In this document: positions 9,321 through 18,000 of the stretch, piece by piece
Position numbering within the stretch: the stretch's first letter is position 1
Layout: every line of letters starts with the position of its first letter
DNA from: Pseudomonas phage Max
Reading direction: 5' to 3' (one strand)
Sequence record: PP661416.1
Length of the DNA stretch: 61,753 bases
Translations under genes and position numbers: made by a program
Notes under the pieces: model-generated
The model's input: the letters and a program-made list of their open reading frames with translations, nothing else
Database searches by the model: none
What the model was told of the DNA's origin: nothing

Positions 9321-10004
9321 TCAGTCGGCCAGGCGGGTCTGGCGGGCATCAGCCTTCGGGGCGGACTTCAGCGGCTTGTGGGCCGGGATCGCGTGGCCTT
9401 CCGGGACCACGATGTGGAACCGCTCAGTGCCGTCCGCGGCGAAGGCGGAGCGGACCCCGTAGCCCTTCAGCTTCATGTCCCAGCCGAAGCCGGAGCGCAC
9501 GGTGGCTTCGGTCCAGGGCTTGTTGCCGCCACTCAGGGCTTCGATCAGTTCAGCCATGGTCGCACCGTTCGGGCGGGACAGCATGTCCAGGAGCATGGCC
9601 TGCTTCGAGCCCTCGCGGCAGGGGATCGGGGCGTGGCCCGGGGCGGCCAGGTTGGTGCCGCGCGGGGCGCGGGCCTTCTTCTCCTCCGCGGACTTCGGAG
9701 CCTTCTGGGCCTTCGGAGCAGCGACGGGGGCGGGGGTTGCGGTTTCGTTCACGGTTTCGACCTTCTGGGGTTCGGCCTGCGCCTCAGCCTCAACTTCCGG
9801 GTGCGCTTCGGCATAACGCTGAAGCATCTTCCAGGTGCGGGCAATGGCGGTGGTCTTGTCGGCAAAGCGGCGGACGTTCGGGACGGACTCACCGTTGCGG
9901 AAGGTGCCGATGACTTCGTTGTACAGCTCGACCAGGGCCGGGCCGGACAGCTCGCTCAGGGAGGCTTCGGTGTAGGCGACGTTGTTGAAGTTGATGGCGT
10001 TCAT
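9321..10004 (-). CDS. hypothetical protein, possible winged-helix domain; first gene downstream of the promoter at about 10056..10084
   Basis: 227 aa. Ala/Pro/Lys-rich linker, then a C-terminal MLLDMLSRPNGATMAELIEAL segment. Confidence 0.5.
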   Translation of the reverse strand: MNAINFNNVAYTEASLSELSGPALVELYNEVIGTFRNGESVPNVRRFADKTTAIARTWKMLQRYAEAHPEVEAEAQAEPQKVETVNETATPAPVAAPKAQKAPKSAEEKKARAPRGTNLAAPGHAPIPCREGSKQAMLLDMLSRPNGATMAELIEALSGGNKPWTEATVRSGFGWDMKLKGYGVRSAFAADGTERFHIVVPEGHAIPAHKPLKSAPKADARQTRLAD

Positions 10005-10055
10005 GGTAGGCTCCTTTTCTGGGGTTGAGGTGCGATCTTGTTCGACCGTGAGAGA

Positions 10056-10084
10056 ATCTTAACCCCAGCCCCCGAAGAAGTAAA
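10056..10084 (-). promoter_or_regulatory. sigma70-like promoter (-35 TTTACT, 17 bp, -10 TAAGAT)
   Basis: Plus-strand ccccgaagaagtaaag motif. Intergenic. Confidence 0.45.
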
Positions 10085-10103
10085 GTGGTTTGACTAAACT
10101 TTT

Positions 10104-10610
10104 TCAGGTCCCCGTCCGAAGGCCAACAACCGTTGGACGGCGGAGGGCGAACCGTTGTACAACTTCTTCCCAGAAGGCCCGGGCGGCGTCCTCGTGCCCA
10201 GGCTTCCTGTACCAATGGTTGCGCCCCGAGGTGTGCGGAACCACAGCGACCTCGAAGCCCCAGCGATCATCCGCAAACCACTGGTGGAAGTCCAGGTGCT
10301 GGGCCGGATAGCCGAAAGCCTCCGCGACGTTCCGCCCAACGAGGATGACGTGCCGACCGCCCAACAAGGGCTTCATCGCGGCTGCGGCAATCCCCGCGTC
10401 CCGGGCGGGCCACTTGTCGTCCCGCTTCCAGCGCCCAGGGAAGGTGTGGAGCAGGTTGGTGCGGTCGAAGGTCTTGAGGTAGTCCTTGGGCGATAGGCCC
10501 GCCAGCTCCGCCAGACGCCCTCCCGCGGAGGACCGCGGGAGGGGAGCCAGGGGCCGGTCCGGGTCCGTGTTAGGTCCTGGTGCTTGGCCGATCAGCAGGG
10601 GCTTGTTCAT
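10104..10610 (-). CDS. uracil-DNA glycosylase superfamily-like protein
   Basis: LLIGQAPGPNT (GxxPG motif A) and VVPHTSGRN (HPS-like motif B). RBS GGAGG. Confidence 0.45.
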   Translation of the reverse strand: MNKPLLIGQAPGPNTDPDRPLAPLPRSSAGGRLAELAGLSPKDYLKTFDRTNLLHTFPGRWKRDDKWPARDAGIAAAAMKPLLGGRHVILVGRNVAEAFGYPAQHLDFHQWFADDRWGFEVAVVPHTSGRNHWYRKPGHEDAARAFWEEVVQRFALRRPTVVGLRTGT

Positions 10611-10755
10611 CTTCGGGTTCCTCCATTTCTTGGGTGACGTTCAGTTTGAGGGTCCGCTCCGGGACCGGGATGGCCCATTCAGCAAGGCGCATCCCGGTCA
10701 TGAGCAAGAACCCGGCGGCGATCAGCAAGACCGCCTTCAGGCTCAGTTCTTTCAC
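10570..10755 (-). CDS. possible 61-aa membrane micro-protein (GTG start overlapping the RNR stop, GTGA)
   Basis: GGAGGGAG 5 nt before the GTG. TM segment AVLLIAAGFLLMTGM. Confidence 0.3.
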   Translation of the reverse strand: MKELSLKAVLLIAAGFLLMTGMRLAEWAIPVPERTLKLNVTQEMEEPEDEQAPADRPSTRT

Positions 10756-12575
10756 TCGCACTCCCTCCGTCCCGTGGCCGGGTCGATGCGACACTGGCTT
10801 GCCGGCTCCTCCGCCGGGGCGTCCGCTTCGGGCTCGCCGCCGTCATCCTTCACCACGAGGATGCCCGACCGCTTCCCGCCCAGGCGGAAGGTCGTGCAGC
10901 CCTTCGCCCCGCCTTCCCAGGCGCTCACATACACGTTCTTGAAGTCCTCCCAGCTGATGTCGGAAGGCACGTTGCAGGTCTTGCTCACCGCGGAATCGAC
11001 CCGCTGGGCGGCGACGGTCAGGGCGGCGACGTGTTCCTGGACGGTGACGCGGGAGCAAGCCTTGCCGCGGACCCCGAACACGCGGGCACCGTAGTCCTCC
11101 ACCGTCTCCACCCGCGGGCCGCTGAACTCGATCACGGTGCGGTCGAAGCTGTAGGCGAACACCGGCTCAATCCCGGAGCTGACGTTGTCGGCGCACAGGC
11201 TGATGGTCCCGGTCGGGGCGATGGAAGTGAGGTGGGAGTTGCGGATGCCGTATTTGGCGATGGCGTCCCGCACGTCCTCGCGGAGGGTCTTGATGAACTG
11301 GCCCTGCAGGTACTTGTCCTTGTCGAACTTCGGGAAGGAGCCCTTGACCTTGGCGATGTGGGCGCTGGCCAGGTAGGACTCATCACGCAGCGTGTCCAGC
11401 ACCTCCGCCTCGAAGGCGAGGAAGGCGGGCGAACCGTACTCATGGCCCAGGGCTTCGGCAGCGTTGGCCAGGCCGGTGATCCCGAGGCCCATGCGGCGCT
11501 TGTCCTTGGCTTCCTGCTTCTGCTGCGGCAGCGGATAGATCGCGCGATCCACCACGTTGTCCATCGCGCGGACCACCTGCGGGATGTCCTCGCGGTACTG
11601 GTCCCAGTCGAAGGCGTAGCGGCCCGCCCCGTCCTTGAAGATGTACTTGACCAAGTTGAAGGAGCCCAACAAGCAGGCACCATAGGGCGGGAGCGGCTGC
11701 TCACCGCAGGGGTTGGTGGCGGCGATGGTCTCGCAGTACCAGAGGTTGTTCATGCGGTTGATCGCGTCGATAAACAGCACGCCCGGCTCCGCCCAGTCCC
11801 AGGTCCCGCGCATGATCGCGTCCCACAGCGCCCGGGCGTCCACTTCGCGGTAGGTCCGGCCCTCGAAGGTGAGGGGGAACGGCTCGCCGGAGGCGACGCA
11901 CTCCATGAACTTGTCGGTGATGGCGACGGAGACGTTGAAGCCGGTCAGCTTCAGGGTCTGCTGAAGGGACATGACCAACTGCTGCTTCTGGGCTCCTTCC
12001 GGGAGTTCGGCCACGAGGTCCCAGAGCGGCTGAACGTCCTTCCCGGGTTGCTTGGCGTGAATGAACTCCTCGATGTCGGGATGGTCCACGCGCATCACCC
12101 CCATCTGGGCTCCGCGGCGATGGCCGGAGGAGGCGACGCACTTGCAGATCGCGTCGAAGATGTGCATGAAGCTGATGGGGCCGGAGGAGTGGGACTGGAG
12201 CTTGCGGATCAGGTCGCCGCGAGGACGGAGGGTGCTGAAGTCATAGCCGATCCCGCCGCCCATCCGCATCGTGGCTGCGGCTTCCGCGGCCCGGACCATG
12301 ATGGAGCCTTCGCCGTCCACGAAGCTGTCGTTGATCGTCCCGGAGACATAGCAGTTGTAGGGTGTGACTTGGCGGGTGGAGCCCATCGCGGACTGGATGC
12401 GGCCCGCCGGGAGGAAGCGCATGCCCAGGAGGGCGTCCCGGAAGTCCGCGAAGTGCTGGTCATCGTCCTTCAGGGCCGCGGCGATCCGGTTCATGGCCTC
12501 GCGGAAGGACTCGCCGCTGCCGCGGTACTTCTGGGCGTGTAGTTCTTGTGAGTAGGGTACTTGAGGACCGTGCAT
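10752..12575 (-). CDS. nrdJ: ribonucleotide reductase, class II (adenosylcobalamin-dependent, NrdJ-like)
   Basis: About 607 aa. Start MHGPQVPYSQELHAQKYRG with AAGGAG 9 nt upstream. Class II RNR-like length and architecture. Confidence 0.8.
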   Translation of the reverse strand: MHGPQVPYSQELHAQKYRGSGESFREAMNRIAAALKDDDQHFADFRDALLGMRFLPAGRIQSAMGSTRQVTPYNCYVSGTINDSFVDGEGSIMVRAAEAAATMRMGGGIGYDFSTLRPRGDLIRKLQSHSSGPISFMHIFDAICKCVASSGHRRGAQMGVMRVDHPDIEEFIHAKQPGKDVQPLWDLVAELPEGAQKQQLVMSLQQTLKLTGFNVSVAITDKFMECVASGEPFPLTFEGRTYREVDARALWDAIMRGTWDWAEPGVLFIDAINRMNNLWYCETIAATNPCGEQPLPPYGACLLGSFNLVKYIFKDGAGRYAFDWDQYREDIPQVVRAMDNVVDRAIYPLPQQKQEAKDKRRMGLGITGLANAAEALGHEYGSPAFLAFEAEVLDTLRDESYLASAHIAKVKGSFPKFDKDKYLQGQFIKTLREDVRDAIAKYGIRNSHLTSIAPTGTISLCADNVSSGIEPVFAYSFDRTVIEFSGPRVETVEDYGARVFGVRGKACSRVTVQEHVAALTVAAQRVDSAVSKTCNVPSDISWEDFKNVYVSAWEGGAKGCTTFRLGGKRSGILVVKDDGGEPEADAPAEEPASQCRIDPATGRRECE

Positions 12576-12635
12576 TTTGCGAGTCTCCTTGAAGGGTTGA
12601 GGGCTTTCTATCATATCGTTGCTCCTGTTCTTGGG

Positions 12636-13829
12636 CTACATCATAACGAGGTCGATGCGTTCCGCGGCCCGGGTAATGGCGGTGTACAACCATTCCTTCC
12701 GGTCCTTCCCGTACCACTCGTCAAACAGCAGGACGTTGTTCCACTGGGAGCCCTGCGACTTGTGGACGGTGAGCGCATAGCCATAGTCGAACTCCTCCGC
12801 GTCCTTCCGCTCCCAATACTCCGGCTTGTTTCCGTGGAAGTAGTGGGGGTGGGCGCTGACTTCGACCTTCGCGCCGTCCTCGCCTTCGATGTCCATGATG
12901 ACATAGTCGCCGTCGAAGATCGTGTCACGGCGGACCTTCCAGAGCTGGCCGTTGAGCAGGCCCACCTCGTGGTTGTTGCGGAGGCACACCAGCTTGTCGC
13001 CTTCCTGGGGCAGGGCGTTCGTCCGCCCGAGGAGTTCCCGGGCACGTCCGTTGCTCGTGATTCTCGTGGCGTTCCTGCCAACGAGGAGCTGGTCAGTGGA
13101 CAGTACCATGTCCCGGAGTTCTTCGCGTGGCAGGCGGCCATAGGGAATCACGCGGCTGGCACCGTAGTCGCCGGGGCGGAGCACGCGGCCCTCGCGGACC
13201 TCCTTGGACATCCAGATGATCGGGTTGTCCTGGGCCTGGCGGTGAATCTCCGTGAGCAGGATGTCGGGCTTGTTCTTGAAGAAGGGGGTGCCGCCCACGG
13301 GCGGGAGCTGCCCCGGATCGCCCAGGGCGAGGATCGGGCAACCGAAGCTGAGCAAGTCCTCCCCCATCTGCTCGTCAATCATGGAATACTCATCCACCAC
13401 GAGCAGCGCGGCCTCGAACAGGGGCGACTCCGTGTTGAGCTGGAACATCGGGCGGGCGAGGTTGATCTGCTCCGCCTTGATCGCCGCATCGACCTTCTCC
13501 ACGAGGGTTTCCGGGACGGGCTTGTGAGTGAGGAGCCGCGCCCGCTCCGCTTGAAGTTCCTTCAGGCGCTGCTGCGACTTGTCCTTGGGCGTGTAGATGA
13601 GCTTGTGAATGGTGCTCACGTTGGTCGCCCCGGACTTCGTGAGGACGTGAGCGGCCTTGCCGGTGTAGGCGGCGAAGTACACGGGACCATTGACGGTCGC
13701 GGCGAGGTGTTTGGCCAGGGTGGTCTTGCCGGTTCCGGCGTACCCGGCGAGCTGGAACACGGGCTTGTCCCGGGTCTTGAGCCACCGCCCAACCCGGTCC
13801 AGCGCGGTCTGCTGTTGCGGACTCCACAT
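12636..13829 (-). CDS. SF1 DNA helicase (Dda/RecD-like)
   Basis: AGTGKTT, VVDEYSM, GDPGQLPPV, TVHKSQGSQW, AITRA motifs. Confidence 0.85.
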   Translation of the reverse strand: MWSPQQQTALDRVGRWLKTRDKPVFQLAGYAGTGKTTLAKHLAATVNGPVYFAAYTGKAAHVLTKSGATNVSTIHKLIYTPKDKSQQRLKELQAERARLLTHKPVPETLVEKVDAAIKAEQINLARPMFQLNTESPLFEAALLVVDEYSMIDEQMGEDLLSFGCPILALGDPGQLPPVGGTPFFKNKPDILLTEIHRQAQDNPIIWMSKEVREGRVLRPGDYGASRVIPYGRLPREELRDMVLSTDQLLVGRNATRITSNGRARELLGRTNALPQEGDKLVCLRNNHEVGLLNGQLWKVRRDTIFDGDYVIMDIEGEDGAKVEVSAHPHYFHGNKPEYWERKDAEEFDYGYALTVHKSQGSQWNNVLLFDEWYGKDRKEWLYTAITRAAERIDLVMM

Positions 13830-13850
13830 GATGATCGTTCTCCGTTTCTG

Positions 13851-13880
13851 ATGAAAAGAAGGGGGCCACGAAGGCCCCCT
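13851..13880 (-). terminator. putative intrinsic terminator (GGGGGCC-TTCGT-GGCCCCC + TTCTTTTCA on the minus strand) between the SSB-like and helicase genes
   Basis: Perfect 7-bp GC stem, 5-nt loop, T-rich tail read on the coding strand. Confidence 0.45.
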
Positions 13881-13930
13881 GAAGGTACGGCCAGAGGGGG
13901 CGGGCCGTCCGGGTCGGTCCTCCCGGTAGA

Positions 13931-14770
13931 TCAGAACACCGGCTTGCCGCCGCCTGCGCCCTGGGCTTCTTCGTCCGCGGAGCCCGGAGCCTGCGACTCA
14001 TAGGCGGCGCGGGCCTTGCCCTGCTCGATCATCGACTTGATGTTCACGGCGGACTGGAACAGCGGGTCATCCGGCAGCAGGCGGGCTTCCTGGGCGTTCG
14101 CGCCGTCGAAGGCGATGGCGTCCCAGTTGAAGAACTGGCCCTTGTTGTTCTTCTCGCTCACGGTCTTGAGGCGGTAGCGGTGGGCGAACAACGGAGCCGG
14201 GATGCGGCGACCGTCCGGCAGCGGAATCTGGATGGTCTTGGCCTTGGTCATCCAGCCCTTGTACTTCTTGATCTTGGTGGAGCTGAAGGCCAGGACCGCT
14301 TCCGAGGCGTTGCCGTCATCATCCAGCGCGATGCCGTACACATAGAAGGTTTCGATCAGCTCGTTGCCGTCCGGGGTGCTGTACTTGCCATACTCCGCGG
14401 ACGCGGCCTTGGCGTGGTTCACCAGATCGCTGTTGACTTCGTGGATGCCCACGAAACCGCCGCCCGCATCGCGGGGCTTCCACTCCACGTACACGTGCTG
14501 GGTGGTCGCCGGGACGAAGGCGATGCCCTTCTTGCCGTCCCAGACTTCGCCGGTCACGGTGTTCAGGATCATGCCCTGGCGCAGGCTGTCGTTCTCCTGG
14601 AGCTGCGGGCTGAGGGCCTGAAGAATCTGGAGGAACGGGATGCTGTAGTCATCGCTGGTCTGGTTCTCGAAACCCGCGCCCGCGTAGTCGGCATATGCGC
14701 CGTACTCCGCCATTGCGGTGTTCTGTTCCTTCACTGCGACATCGGTGGTCTTGCTATCGGTCTTGGCCAT
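13931..14770 (-). CDS. hypothetical protein, SSB-like (acidic C-terminal tail ending in Phe)
   Basis: Start MAKTDSK with AAGGAG 8 nt upstream. C-terminus ...SADEEAQGAGGGKPVF recalls T7 gp2.5 and SSB tails. Confidence 0.45.
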   Translation of the reverse strand: MAKTDSKTTDVAVKEQNTAMAEYGAYADYAGAGFENQTSDDYSIPFLQILQALSPQLQENDSLRQGMILNTVTGEVWDGKKGIAFVPATTQHVYVEWKPRDAGGGFVGIHEVNSDLVNHAKAASAEYGKYSTPDGNELIETFYVYGIALDDDGNASEAVLAFSSTKIKKYKGWMTKAKTIQIPLPDGRRIPAPLFAHRYRLKTVSEKNNKGQFFNWDAIAFDGANAQEARLLPDDPLFQSAVNIKSMIEQGKARAAYESQAPGSADEEAQGAGGGKPVF

Positions 14771-14912
14771 GGTGTGGCTCCTTCGGTTCAATGTGAGCGG
14801 GTCGATTGGGCCCCCGGTCGAATAGCCCTGCCGTCTCACCGGCTGTACCCGCTGTCACCCGCGGGGCGGTTCGGTTGGGAGGAAGGCCCGGGGCCGTCCT
14901 CCGGCATTCTGG

Positions 14913-15458
14913 TCACACTTCGATCTTGGACACGCGCTGACGATGGACCCCGAACAGGTCCAGGGGGACTTCCTCGCCTTCACGCAGCTTCTCGCGGACG
15001 AAAGCGGCAAGGGTCGAAGGATGGACACTGGCGTTGTCGTCCACCTCGAACTCGTCCGCGAGACGCTGGCGCAGTTCGTCAGCCTTCTCGTCCTCGCCCT
15101 TGCCGAAGGCGACGGCGACCACGCGCTTGATCATCGCGGCATGGCCGTTCTGCTTGAGCCAGGCGAAGGCGAGCGGGGCCTTGGCCTTCGGGATGCTGGC
15201 GCGGATCGTCTCGTCAATCTTGATCTTCAGGCCGGTGGTGGTCTTGAACTCACCAATGCCGATCTGGTCCATGAGTTCGGGCACCTGGCGCTCCGCGATG
15301 TCGCGGAGTTCTTCGCGGGCCTTGTTGAGCTGGGCTTCGAGGTCTGCGACCTTCGACTGGGCAGCGGCCTGTTGTTCGGCCAGCTGAGTGAGTTGGCTCA
15401 GTTCGCCACCGGCGGTCTGAGGTTGGACATAGTCCAGGTATGCGTTTTCACTTGACAT
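14913..15458 (-). CDS. hypothetical coiled-coil protein (Gp157-like?)
   Basis: Start MSSENAYLDYV with a GGAG RBS, first gene after the promoter at 15507..15535. Confidence 0.4.
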   Translation of the reverse strand: MSSENAYLDYVQPQTAGGELSQLTQLAEQQAAAQSKVADLEAQLNKAREELRDIAERQVPELMDQIGIGEFKTTTGLKIKIDETIRASIPKAKAPLAFAWLKQNGHAAMIKRVVAVAFGKGEDEKADELRQRLADEFEVDDNASVHPSTLAAFVREKLREGEEVPLDLFGVHRQRVSKIEV

Positions 15459-15506
15459 GTGGTTCTCCGTTTCTTCGGTGAGGGGGTATCCCAATCACGC
15501 TGAAGA

Positions 15507-15535
15507 AGTATAGCCGGTCAATCGGAAGAAGTAAA
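15507..15535 (-). promoter_or_regulatory. sigma70-like promoter (-35 TTTACT, 17 bp, -10 TATACT)
   Basis: Plus-strand gaagaagtatag...ggaagaagtaaag. Confidence 0.5.
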
Positions 15536-15871
15536 GAGGCCCGAGGCGTCCACCGCGATGTAGCGTTGGTCCTTGCCGCTCCACTGGAGCAGGGACACGT
15601 CCCCGTCATTGGCGTCCGCGGCGATGGCGACGGCGAACCCGATCAGGACCGGATTGCCCACGAGCAGGAGGTGGTCCCCCGGCCCGAAGTCGGCCAGCTT
15701 CTCCTTCAGCTCGTCAATGATGGGCTCCGGGCGGAACGGGGCCGCGGTCGGGCTGAGCAGGAACACCAGCTCACCGAACTCCTCCGCCGGGGCGAGGTTG
15801 AATTTGGGCTCGAACCGCTGCTTGTCGCGGTCCCAGCGGTGTTGGTTCTGTACAACAAATACACGGCTCAT
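15518..15871 (-). CDS. hypothetical protein
   Basis: 117 aa, high GC3, 8-nt gap to the SNF2 stop. Confidence 0.5.
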   Translation of the reverse strand: MSRVFVVQNQHRWDRDKQRFEPKFNLAPAEEFGELVFLLSPTAAPFRPEPIIDELKEKLADFGPGDHLLLVGNPVLIGFAVAIAADANDGDVSLLQWSGKDQRYIAVDASGLFTSSD

Positions 15872-15878
15872 AGTAGTC

Positions 15879-17573
15879 TCACAACCAGTCTTTGAGGCGG
15901 TCGCCGGTGATCTGGCTCGCCACGTTGAATTTGTTCCTCAACGCTTCCACCACCTTCTCATCCACGGAGTCCTCAGCCACGAGGTCGATGTACAGCACGC
16001 TGTTGGTCTGTCCGATCCGGTGGGCGCGGTCCTCCGACTGAAGGCGGTCGATCAGCTTGAAGCTGTTGGAATAATAAATGACAGTCTTGGCTGCCGTCAA
16101 GGTCAGACCCGTCGCCCCCGCCGCGGGATTGCCCACGAACACGCGGGCCTGTTCCTCCGGCGGGACGGCCTCGCGCCCAACCACCTGTCCGTTATGGTAC
16201 AGGGGGCGCTCGCCCTGGAACCGGGCCTTGGCGTCCGCCCGCTCATCATCGTTCACCAGCCCGTCATAACGGACCGCGCTGATGCCGCGCTCGCGGAGGG
16301 CGTCCATGATCAGCGTGATGTCCATCTGGAACCGGGCCCAGACGATCACCTTGTGCTGGGACTCCTCGATCAGCTCACAGAGCAGGTCCAGGCGACGGTT
16401 CGGCCCCGGGATTGTGTACACGGGTTCTGCTTCATCGTCGGTCGGGAGGTAGCCGCAGGTGATCTGCTGGAGGCGGAGGAGCCGGGTGATGGCGAGGGCG
16501 GCGATGACCGGGGTGGTGCCTTCAGCTCCGAGGTCCGGGGCGTCTCCGCAGTCCGGGCACGGGTAGATGAAGCCGTCAAACTCCACCTCACGTTTGCCCA
16601 AGCAGGTCGGGCAGGCGTCCGGCGACGGCTCCGCGGCGACCGCTTCCGCGTCCCGCTCAATCCCGCCCGTCTCCAGCCACACGATGTACTCGTCACGCAA
16701 CTGGCGATACAGCTTGCCCTGCTCCGGGGTCATCGGGAAGAACCGCTTGCTATACAGCTTCGGCGGGAGGTCCAGCACGTCATCCTTCGTCACGCGGGAG
16801 GAGACGGGCTGAAGGAGGCTGTTCAGGGCGTCCAGGCGGCGATAGCCCACCAGCACGTCATACTCGTTGCCATCGTTCTTCTTGGTCTTGGGGTTGAAGG
16901 CGGTCGGGTTCCAGCCCTTCTTCCAGATGCCGAAGTGCTGCTTGAACTCCGTGAAGGTCCCCAGCTGGTTCTTGTTCCAGTAGTCGTCAATCAAGAACTT
17001 GATCTGGCTGTAGGCGTCGAAGGGTCCCTGAGCAATCGGAGTCCCGGTCAGGACCCGCCTGAATGGCGCGTACTTCGCGGAGCGGAGGATGGACTTGGTG
17101 CGCTCCGCGGTCGGGGTCTTGATGTAGTGCGCCTCATCCAGGACGTACAGGAGGCGGCGCTTGTCGAAGAAGTCAATCAGCGCCCGCTTCCCGGAGGCGG
17201 TCATGAAGGCTTCATAGCTGATGGTGAGCCAGGCGAAGCCCTTGTGCTCAATGACGGCCTTGACCGCCTGCTTGTGCCACTTGGTGTCGGCCTTCGGGCT
17301 CTGGTAGTGGAAGGCCCGGACGTGCTTGATCACCTCATCGGGTACGTGGTCCGGGATTTCCTTCTCAACCCAGTTGCGGTGCACGCCGTTCGGGGCGACC
17401 ACCAGCACGCCGTCGATGAGCCCGCGGAGCCAGAGCCAGCAGGCGGTGTCGATGGTCAGCTTGGACTTGCCGGTGCCCTGTTCCCAGAAGATCGCGCGGG
17501 CTTCTTCTTCGCGGGAGCGCAACCACTCCTCACGCTGGTGGTTGAAGGGTTCGGTCTTGAAGGGGTATTCCAT
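15879..17573 (-). CDS. SNF2-family DNA helicase (DEAH box, inserted Cys4 zinc finger)
   Basis: GTGKS Walker A, LDEAHYIK, helicase-C motifs, CPTC...CPDC. Confidence 0.85.
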   Translation of the reverse strand: MEYPFKTEPFNHQREEWLRSREEEARAIFWEQGTGKSKLTIDTACWLWLRGLIDGVLVVAPNGVHRNWVEKEIPDHVPDEVIKHVRAFHYQSPKADTKWHKQAVKAVIEHKGFAWLTISYEAFMTASGKRALIDFFDKRRLLYVLDEAHYIKTPTAERTKSILRSAKYAPFRRVLTGTPIAQGPFDAYSQIKFLIDDYWNKNQLGTFTEFKQHFGIWKKGWNPTAFNPKTKKNDGNEYDVLVGYRRLDALNSLLQPVSSRVTKDDVLDLPPKLYSKRFFPMTPEQGKLYRQLRDEYIVWLETGGIERDAEAVAAEPSPDACPTCLGKREVEFDGFIYPCPDCGDAPDLGAEGTTPVIAALAITRLLRLQQITCGYLPTDDEAEPVYTIPGPNRRLDLLCELIEESQHKVIVWARFQMDITLIMDALRERGISAVRYDGLVNDDERADAKARFQGERPLYHNGQVVGREAVPPEEQARVFVGNPAAGATGLTLTAAKTVIYYSNSFKLIDRLQSEDRAHRIGQTNSVLYIDLVAEDSVDEKVVEALRNKFNVASQITGDRLKDWL

Positions 17574-17599
17574 AGGGTGGCTCCATTTCTCATAGTGAT

Positions 17600-17660
17600 G
17601 CCCGGAAGTATAGCCCAGCTGGGCGGCGAAGGCGAGCGGAGAATCATGTGCGCTTGGGAC
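17600..17660 (-). promoter_or_regulatory. promoter for the SNF2 operon: -10 TATACT with a poor -35 and an upstream CCCAAGCGCA box at about -50
   Basis: Plus-strand ggaagtatag at 17605-17614 and tgcgcttggg at 17649-17658. Confidence 0.35.
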
Positions 17661-17744
17661 GGGGGCCCAACGCTCGACTTCGTGCGCTGAAGAAGTATGA
17701 AGTGGAGTAGGCAGGGAAGCCCAGCGGGGCTGGGGGTTTATATA

Positions 17745-17763
17745 TTCTTCTTCTTCTTCTTCT
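17745..17763. repeat. (TTC)6 microsatellite
   Basis: ttcttcttcttcttcttc. Confidence 0.9.
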
Positions 17764-17797
17764 TAACTTACTTAACTTACTTACCTTAAACCCCTGG
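17760..17797. repeat. 38-bp block ttcttaacttacttaacttacttaccttaaAcccctgg (tandem CTTAACTTA units), region A copy; near-identical to 43874..43911
   Basis: 37/38 identity with the region B copy. Confidence 0.9.
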
Positions 17798-17854
17798 ACG
17801 GCCTCCGAACAGCAGGAACGGTCGCCGGTCGCCTCCCTGGGCAGGGGGTCCGGG

Positions 17855-17997
17855 CGATTTATCGGGCGAAGTAGAACTGAACTGGAGAAAGTGAAGTAAC
17901 CTAAGCGCAGGAGGGTCGGAGCTGTTACGGCGCTGGGCTTTCGATGGCGCTTGGGGTCTATACTTCTTCAGGTGTGAAGGTAAGTAGCCCAAGCGCA
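17855..17997. promoter_or_regulatory. region A regulatory module: CGATTTATCGGGCGAA, AAGTAACCTAAGCGCA, a plus-strand -10 TATACT (17959-17964) and CCCAAGCGCA (17988-17997). Collinear with region B
   Basis: Same element order and spacing as 43970..44118. Confidence 0.5.
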
Positions 17998-18000
17998 TCC

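Noticed and set aside
17745-17763. (TTC)6 and (GATA)5 (43853..43874) microsatellites as possible CRISPR or tandem-repeat arrays
   Set aside because: They are simple trinucleotide and tetranucleotide runs without spacers. No CRISPR-like repeat-spacer structure exists anywhere in the window.
17938-17964. Plus-strand promoter in region A (CTTTCG-15-TATACT)
   Set aside because: Kept only as part of the region A module. The -35 and spacing are poor, so it is weaker evidence than its region B counterpart.
17574-18000. tRNA genes in the two large intergenic regions
   Set aside because: No stretch with recognisable tRNA hallmarks (GTTC-like T-loop with matching acceptor stem) was spotted by eye. 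This cannot be excluded without tRNAscan.
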